This document shows positions 58,130 through 64,000 of a stretch of 64,000 nt of DNA, in pieces. The stretch is from positions 32,001 to 96,000 of the IMG/VR virus record IMGVR_UViG_3300017780_006957. One strand, 5' to 3'. Position 1 is the stretch's first letter; each line of letters begins with the position of its first letter. This DNA is from a virus. The translations under genes were made by a program, and so were the position numbers. The notes beneath the pieces were generated by a model. That model made no database searches. It had not been told where the DNA came from and was given only the letters and a program-made list of their open reading frames with translations.

Positions 58130-59600
58130 CTAGTTCTTCGTCTCCTTCTAGTGTTCTTGAAATATCCCTCAGATCTCCCCGCTCTGCAATGTTAAAATTA
58201 GCGAATTCCAAATTAACAAAATTCTTACGAAGCGTATCGCCAATTCGAACTGGTTCGATTGCGCCAGCAATATCCTTGCCAAGATGTCTTGCTTTGACGT
58301 TGATTAATTTATGAGTTCCGAATCTTACCCCCTCTGTTTGGATTTCATCGGCGGTTTTGTTTCTAAGGATAAACATGTGAGAACAGAATTGGGTAATGCG
58401 GTCTGAAAGAGATACAACGCTCTCATCGTCAATAACATTTGCTGACATTCTATTGTTCGTAATACCGCTCCTATTCGATTGAACCGAAGTTATCATGGGG
58501 ATTACTGGATTACCATCTTCAAGAATCTCTTTTTGGATACACTTCTTAAATTTATCAACCATCTCACCAACAGTTTGCCACTCACTTTTTCCAGCACTAG
58601 ATTCTGAAGTTGTTTTAATGTAATCAAAAGAAAAAATCATTTGATTACCACGGCCAACCTTAGAATAATAAAATCTTTTTAATGTATCAACCATTGAATC
58701 TACATCCATGCCGCCGACATTATAATAATAGAACTGAAGATGTTTAATCTTCGTCCAAACGCTACGGACCTTATCCACGATATCTTGCCCCGCTCTACGC
58801 CAGTTTCCACTCTCAATAAGATGCATTGGAACGCCCGAAAGAGCAGCGCACTGGCGCATTACCAATTCTTCCTTGCTCATCTCTCCATTGTCAAAATGTA
58901 ATACTGGAACATTGTATTTTTCGCTAACTCTTGTTGCATAATGCATACAAAATTGGGTTTTACCAACTCCAGAACGAGCAACAATAACTGTGATGTTTCC
59001 TGGCCTCAGTAGAGATCCATAAATTTCATTAACTTTTGGATGCGGACCCATCATACCGAACTCCGTAATGGGATTATTGCCCCTCTCTTCAATGATGTCT
59101 TCCATGTCAGCGTAGATATTCTCTGGAACGTCCTTGCCAATCTCATAGAGATTAATCTTGGAGTTATAAATGCCATCTGCACACTCGACAATTTGTTGAT
59201 ATGAAGATTCTGGTGATATGGATTTCATCGCCTTTGCCATCTCCTGAGAGGAGTTGAAAATTTCCCTGCGAATAGAAAATTTCTTTAGTTCTTTTGCTGT
59301 CTTAACCAGATTTCCCGCTGGAACTTTTCTCAATGCGAGCGACTTAATGTAATCAGACGGATTTAAGTTGTCCTCAAAAGATAACCCAATAGAATTAATT
59401 CTTTGGGCAATAATGATCTCATCAATCTCGTCGCCAGCATCAATAGCTTGCTTAATAATAGTAAAGATTGCACTATGAAGATTGCTCTGTTCTGAATAAA
59501 AATCAGATGCTCCAATAAAATTGGAGATCTGTGAAAAATGCTGCGACTCTTTAATGAGTCCAGCAAGTAATTGTTTTTCTATTTCAAAGTTATAAATCAT
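58083..59600 (-). CDS. DnaB-like replicative helicase
   Basis: E..LL..L, VARSGVGKT, GEMS, FDYI, Q.NR. Confidence 0.9.
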   Translation of the reverse strand: MIYNFEIEKQLLAGLIKESQHFSQISNFIGASDFYSEQSNLHSAIFTIIKQAIDAGDEIDEIIIAQRINSIGLSFEDNLNPSDYIKSLALRKVPAGNLVKTAKELKKFSIRREIFNSSQEMAKAMKSISPESSYQQIVECADGIYNSKINLYEIGKDVPENIYADMEDIIEERGNNPITEFGMMGPHPKVNEIYGSLLRPGNITVIVARSGVGKTQFCMHYATRVSEKYNVPVLHFDNGEMSKEELVMRQCAALSGVPMHLIESGNWRRAGQDIVDKVRSVWTKIKHLQFYYYNVGGMDVDSMVDTLKRFYYSKVGRGNQMIFSFDYIKTTSESSAGKSEWQTVGEMVDKFKKCIQKEILEDGNPVIPMITSVQSNRSGITNNRMSANVIDDESVVSLSDRITQFCSHMFILRNKTADEIQTEGVRFGTHKLINVKARHLGKDIAGAIEPVRIGDTLRKNFVNLEFANFNIAERGDLRDISRTLEGDEELDDTDSNDQIPNFDRF

Positions 59601-59636
59601 ATGTATATATAGCACCCTTAATTAACGAATGCAAGA

Positions 59637-59882
59637 TCATTCATCAATCATTTCGGGATCATTATCTGTCCTATTAAGATAATCAGTCAAAGCTTTTTTC
59701 AAACCTAATTCGGTGATAACGGATTCAAAGCGAGAATAGATCATTGGATATCCCTTTTCGCTTACACACGCAATTATTAATCCTTTATATTTATCCGAAT
59801 CTCCGCTTAATTCATAGAGTTTATTAACTAAACTTTCTGGAATGTTAAATTCTGGCTGTTCTTCTGGTTCAAATTCTTCCAT
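59637..59882 (-). CDS. hypothetical protein
   Basis: ORF from MEEFEP. Confidence 0.65.
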   Translation of the reverse strand: MEEFEPEEQPEFNIPESLVNKLYELSGDSDKYKGLIIACVSEKGYPMIYSRFESVITELGLKKALTDYLNRTDNDPEMIDE

Positions 59883-59883
59883 A

Positions 59884-60291
59884 TTATAAGTATATTTGTT
59901 GATTCTCAAAAAATTCCAAACAGATTTTATCTGTTGGGTAAATTTCCACTAATTTTAGATTGTTTTTTTGACAAAATTCATATTTTTTGTCGTCTCTTTT
60001 TAATTGTTGTAAATATTTAAGTCTATTCCCATGAAAAAATTTTACAAATTTTGTATGTTGCGCTCCTTGGACTTCTATCATGATTTTTTTATTTGCATTA
60101 TAAAAATCAAAACTTAGCCTTGTTCCAACTAATCTAAATTCTTCAAAAACAATATCATGTTGCCAATATGGCTTTAAGAAGTTTTTAGTTTCTAATTGGA
60201 ATTTACTTCTGCTTTTTTTGTTCCAATCAATTAAATATTTTTTAGGATTTTTAAGGGTTAATTCTCTATCGTTTAATCCAATGAATTTCAT
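59884..60291 (-). CDS. Vsr/DUF559-like PD-(D/E)XK nuclease
   Basis: EEF, DFY, IEVQG.QH, Q..RD..K. Confidence 0.7.
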   Translation of the reverse strand: MKFIGLNDRELTLKNPKKYLIDWNKKSRSKFQLETKNFLKPYWQHDIVFEEFRLVGTRLSFDFYNANKKIMIEVQGAQHTKFVKFFHGNRLKYLQQLKRDDKKYEFCQKNNLKLVEIYPTDKICLEFFENQQIYL

Positions 60292-61436
60292 TAATTTAAA
60301 TCTGAGATTGATCGCTTAAAATAACCAATCAAAAAGTCGCATAGTTTTTCATCATCTTCGATTAATTTAAATAGGTTGGCATCACCGTGAACTTTTTCTG
60401 GAAACTCTAAACCATTTTCATTAAGAAGCTCTTTGAATTCATCTACAGGATTAATCCATGCTCCTTTCTTTTCTAAGAATTCCCAAGCATATAGCAGATC
60501 TACAATTTCTTTTTGAACCCAAATAGAAGTCCCATTCTTTCGACCATAACGAATTGGATAAGTAATTGTCATGTTGGTTTTTTCATTTGGAGATTTTTTG
60601 ATTGTCGCTTTGGCGAAATGACCAATGATTGGATTTTTTTTCAAATCAATTGTTTTATTTGCTGGATCTTGCAGAATGAGATCTCCTTTATATCGAGGCT
60701 CAAATTCTACAATATAATTTGCAAAGTGCAAAAGGGCATTACCTCCTGTCGCGCTTGTTTGGCGAATTGGGGCTTTGGAATATGGGTCGAGCTTAATGTC
60801 TGCTCTAACTTGGCTGATAAAAATTGCCATATGGCCGCGCTTTGTGAGAGCGATTGAAAGACGCTTCATGAAATTAGCAGCAATGACTGCGCCGCCAGCT
60901 ACTTTATTGCTGTCTTCGAAAGACTTATCAAGATCTCCTTTAGTAATAAGACCGTCTACAGAGTCGAGAAGAAAACAATACTTTGTCTTCTGTTCATTTT
61001 TGGCGACGAGTTCCCGCATTACTTCAACTACCGTTTCATAGATGTTACTTTCGAATACGAAACAAGTGCCATCCACCCATTCATCCGCTGAAAATACAAA
61101 CCGAACGCCCGACCTTTCTCTCATTTCTGGAGAGAGTCTTCCTTCTGCTTTAATATAAAAACCTTTGGCGTTTGGAAGGCTATTGCAAAAATTCTTCATA
61201 ACCTCCAACGATTCTGAAGTTTTTCCTCCCTCATTCATTCCAACAAAACGGTGAAGCCCTGGGCCAAATCCACCGCCCAATTGCAGGTCAAATTGCAAAG
61301 ACCCGCTTGATACCTTATAATCAATTTCATCTTCAAAATTATAATGATCTTCTTTATTTGTCTTTAAGAAAGATCCTAAAACATTTTGGGATGAAATTGG
61401 ATCTTTTGCTTCTTTGATTTCTTTAATTTTACTCAT
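60291..61436 (-). CDS. RecA/UvsX-like recombinase
   Basis: SSGS...D..LGGG, G.NEGGKT, LDSV, ISQVR, GG.AL.H, KKGAW. Confidence 0.9.
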   Translation of the reverse strand: MSKIKEIKEAKDPISSQNVLGSFLKTNKEDHYNFEDEIDYKVSSGSLQFDLQLGGGFGPGLHRFVGMNEGGKTSESLEVMKNFCNSLPNAKGFYIKAEGRLSPEMRERSGVRFVFSADEWVDGTCFVFESNIYETVVEVMRELVAKNEQKTKYCFLLDSVDGLITKGDLDKSFEDSNKVAGGAVIAANFMKRLSIALTKRGHMAIFISQVRADIKLDPYSKAPIRQTSATGGNALLHFANYIVEFEPRYKGDLILQDPANKTIDLKKNPIIGHFAKATIKKSPNEKTNMTITYPIRYGRKNGTSIWVQKEIVDLLYAWEFLEKKGAWINPVDEFKELLNENGLEFPEKVHGDANLFKLIEDDEKLCDFLIGYFKRSISDLN

Positions 61437-61803
61437 TTAAAAATTGTTTTGCTGTTTTTGGTTTGTTAATGATTTTAACGTCTTCTCCTTCTTTATCTCC
61501 AATAGAATAATTGATATACTTGCTTTCGTCAATCTTAAAGTTAAATGCTCTAAATTTAAGATCAAGCGTCATTTTCAATTTATCACAAACGATGTATGCC
61601 AACGAATCAAATTTCTTATCAAATGAAATAATATTCATAAAATCTTCAGAATATCTTTCGCATAGATCATTAAGAATCTTCATTTCTCGCATATAAAAAA
61701 GACGCTTATCCTTCGTGGGAACAAGCGTCAGTCTAGAAAGAATATCTTTCTTATTGATTTTTTTCTTTGCTTTCTTTTTAGCCACACCCGAGTATAGCAT
61801 CAT
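61429..61803 (-). CDS. hypothetical protein
   Basis: ORF track; start may be internal GTG. Confidence 0.65.
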   Translation of the reverse strand: MMLYSGVAKKKAKKKINKKDILSRLTLVPTKDKRLFYMREMKILNDLCERYSEDFMNIISFDKKFDSLAYIVCDKLKMTLDLKFRAFNFKIDESKYINYSIGDKEGEDVKIINKPKTAKQFLNE

Positions 61804-62986
61804 TTATGTCTTTGGCAACCATTTTTTTAACTAGACCTTTAAAATCTGTTTTAGGACTCCAATTTAACTCTTCTCTGGCTTTTGTAGAATCTCCCCAAAG
61901 AAGTTCGACTTCTGCTGGTCTATAAAATTTGGGATTAATTTTCATTACAATTTCATTATTAACAATAAATTCTTCATCTTCTGGGTGTCCAGTAGTATTT
62001 CTCCATGATCCACTCAAACCTGCATACCAAAAAGCTAGCTCTACAAACTCTCTAATTGTGTGCGTTTCATTTGAGGACAATACATATTCTTTAATATTTT
62101 TAGAATAATTGTGAATTATCTCTTGCTCTTCCGTAAGATTTACTATAATAATTGGAAAATTTTTATTATGCTTTTCTTGATTAAGCATAAGCCAGATTCC
62201 TTCGACAAAATCTTCTGCGTCACTCCAATCTCTTTTGGCATCAAGATTTCCTAATTCAAGAGGGTTAAACTCATTATTATTATCAATAGCATTTTTTATA
62301 TGAGCAACCGCCTTTGTGATCTTACGAGTAACGAATTCTTCACCACGACGAGTTCCTTCGTGATTAAAAAGCCAACCCTGTATAGCGTAAAGACCATAAG
62401 ATTCTCTCCATACTTTAACTAACTGTCTAGAAGCGGCTTTGGAAGCTCCGTAGGGGCTTCTTGGTCTCAATGGATGATGTTCATCTTGTGGAACGTAAGA
62501 TACATCTCCAAACTCCTCTGAAGAACCAGCTTGATAAAATCTGCAAGTTGGATGGTATAGTCTAATAGCTTCAAGAATATGAAGTGCTGAAGTTGAATTG
62601 GTTTCCCAAGTTTGATGAGCAAAATCCCAACTGCTTCCAACAAAACTTTGGGCAGCTAAATTAATAAAATAATCAGGTTTTATTTTTTCAACAACTCTTG
62701 AAATAGAATGGCTATCAGTAAGATCGAAATTAATTAAATGAAAACGTTTATTATCAATATGAGAAATATTTTTATGATTATAAACACTAAGCCTACGAAC
62801 ACATCCAAAAATTTCATAATCTGTATTTGCCAAAAGATAATCAACCATATGACTGCCATCTTGACCTGTTACCCCAGTGACAATAATGGATTTCTTTCCT
62901 GAAGAAAGTTTTGCCGCATCTTCAATGTTTAAAATATCCATGTGATCTATTTTTTTTCCTATGTATTTTTCTTTAAGATTGTTCAT
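61778..62986 (-). CDS. gmd: GDP-mannose 4,6-dehydratase
   Basis: TGVTGQDGS, LAAQSFV, QAGSSE, SPYGASK, FNHE..RRGEEFVTRKI, LGNLDAKRDW, RPAEV. Confidence 0.95.
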   Translation of the reverse strand: MNNLKEKYIGKKIDHMDILNIEDAAKLSSGKKSIIVTGVTGQDGSHMVDYLLANTDYEIFGCVRRLSVYNHKNISHIDNKRFHLINFDLTDSHSISRVVEKIKPDYFINLAAQSFVGSSWDFAHQTWETNSTSALHILEAIRLYHPTCRFYQAGSSEEFGDVSYVPQDEHHPLRPRSPYGASKAASRQLVKVWRESYGLYAIQGWLFNHEGTRRGEEFVTRKITKAVAHIKNAIDNNNEFNPLELGNLDAKRDWSDAEDFVEGIWLMLNQEKHNKNFPIIIVNLTEEQEIIHNYSKNIKEYVLSSNETHTIREFVELAFWYAGLSGSWRNTTGHPEDEEFIVNNEIVMKINPKFYRPAEVELLWGDSTKAREELNWSPKTDFKGLVKKMVAKDINDAILGCG

Positions 62987-63569
62987 TTTCTTTGTTTGGA
63001 ACAAATATTAATTTTGGAAGCCCATCTCCAATTATTTTTTCAGATAATTTATAATTTACATCATTAAAAAAAGATACATGCATATCTATCTCTTCTTCTA
63101 ATGACATATCTAAAAATGGATAATGACATTCTACTTCAATATTATAAAATAATACTTTATTAAAGTCAATACCATTTAAAACGTTTTTTTCATAACCTTC
63201 AGTATCTAAATAAAAATTTTCAACAATCAATATATTATTTTCATCTAAAATAGATTGCAAGGTTCTCGCTGGAACACTAATTGTATCTACATAGTTTTGG
63301 TTAGATGGTTTAACTATTGAATTCATAGCTGTATATTCTGAATGAATTCCAAGTTGAATTTCCGTAGATTCAAAATCAAATGAAACTAAAGCTGCATTAT
63401 AAATTTTACAAAATCCATCGTCTCTGTTTACAATACATTGTTTGTAAGTTTCAAAATGAGGCTCTATTAATAAGCCGAAATATTCATTATTATTTTTAAA
63501 TTGTATTGATCTTGATTGAAAAACACCGTCATGTGCGCCAGCTTCTATATAGATTTTTTTGTTGTTCAT
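62973..63569 (-). CDS. FkbM-family methyltransferase
   Basis: IEAGAHDG...S, GLLIEP, LDTEGYE..VL.G. Confidence 0.85.
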   Translation of the reverse strand: MNNKKIYIEAGAHDGVFQSRSIQFKNNNEYFGLLIEPHFETYKQCIVNRDDGFCKIYNAALVSFDFESTEIQLGIHSEYTAMNSIVKPSNQNYVDTISVPARTLQSILDENNILIVENFYLDTEGYEKNVLNGIDFNKVLFYNIEVECHYPFLDMSLEEEIDMHVSFFNDVNYKLSEKIIGDGLPKLIFVPNKENEQS

Positions 63570-63571
63570 AT

Positions 63572-64000
63572 TTAAATTTGATTATATATATTTAGTATTC
63601 CTTCAGTTAATGAAGTTTTAGGTTTCCAGAAATTTAAAATGTATGAATCTGGAGGGTTCATAGCATTCATTTGAGTCTGATCTTTCTTGTCTCCAGAAAT
63701 TATTTTACAATCAGTAATTTTAGAAATGATTGAAGCTATTTCTTTTATACTAATCCATTCAAAACTTGTTATATGGTAATTTTGATTTTTATCTAATTGA
63801 TGGTATTGATTTGTTAAATTCAATAAACATTCGGCGCAATCTTCTGCAAACAAAAATTGTCTATATTCTTCACCATCTGTTCTCATTTTAATAACATTTT
63901 CAAATTTTGCCATCTTAATAAAATCTGTTATTACATGAGCTTTTTCTTCATTCTTTTCATGTCCATAAACATTCCATAGCCTTACGACTAACCCACCAAT
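63572..64000 (-). CDS. NAD-dependent epimerase/dehydratase, 5'-truncated by window edge
   Basis: RLWNVYG, HVITDF, DGEEYRQFLFAEDC, W.PKTSL.EG. Confidence 0.8.
   Translation of the reverse strand: MGGLVVRLWNVYGHEKNEEKAHVITDFIKMAKFENVIKMRTDGEEYRQFLFAEDCAECLLNLTNQYHQLDKNQNYHITSFEWISIKEIASIISKITDCKIISGDKKDQTQMNAMNPPDSYILNFWKPKTSLTEGILNIYNQI

Noticed and set aside
51257-61436. Inteins in DnaE, DnaB or RecA
   Set aside because: Protein lengths are normal and no intein splice-junction motifs were seen; the LAGLIDADG gene is free-standing and antisense.
586-61696. Numerous short antisense or alternate-frame ORFs (e.g. 586..867, 2818..3147, 3666..4091, 10181..10645, 60513..60857)
   Set aside because: Shadows of well-supported genes, with no motifs or expression signals.
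1-64000. Stop-codon reassignment
   Set aside because: Long conserved genes (DnaE, J, Clp, gmd) are intact under code 11; TGA and TAG both end genes; no suppressor tRNA seen.

Overview
This window is a 64-kb internal segment of a large, AT-rich tailed bacteriophage genome. ORFs are intact under genetic code 11, and a lambda-like L/K/I/J tail-tip module suggests a long non-contractile tail. Layout: (i) 1-15 kb, mostly minus-strand small hypothetical genes plus a metallophosphoesterase, YopX, a HAD phosphatase, thioredoxin, rIIA/rIIB and a 3D-domain protein; (ii) 15.5-21.5 kb, a stable-RNA island with six tRNAs, TilS, a 72-nt tmRNA tRNA-like domain lacking any mRNA-like domain, and an operon of about nine stem-closed structured non-coding RNAs behind a sigma70 promoter and a boxA-like element; (iii) 21.5-25.3 kb, ThyX, a Mom-like protein, MazG and endolysin; (iv) 25.6-42.3 kb, virion and tail genes including five tandem related lectin-like proteins; (v) 42.3-64 kb, glycosyltransferases, a Clp ATPase, split DnaE with exonuclease, primase, DnaB, a RecA-like protein and GDP-sugar enzymes. 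Five free-standing homing endonuclease-like genes are scattered through the window. Two promoter classes are visible: near-leaderless sigma70 promoters, and a GTGTAW motif about 14-17 nt upstream of virion, lysis and endonuclease genes. The best candidates for undescribed biology are the ncRNA array (20.27-21.49 kb), the mini-tmRNA (16298-16369) and two long-variable-arm tRNAs carrying class I anticodons (CAU next to tilS, and UGU). All calls come from reading motifs by eye; no searches or folding programs were run.
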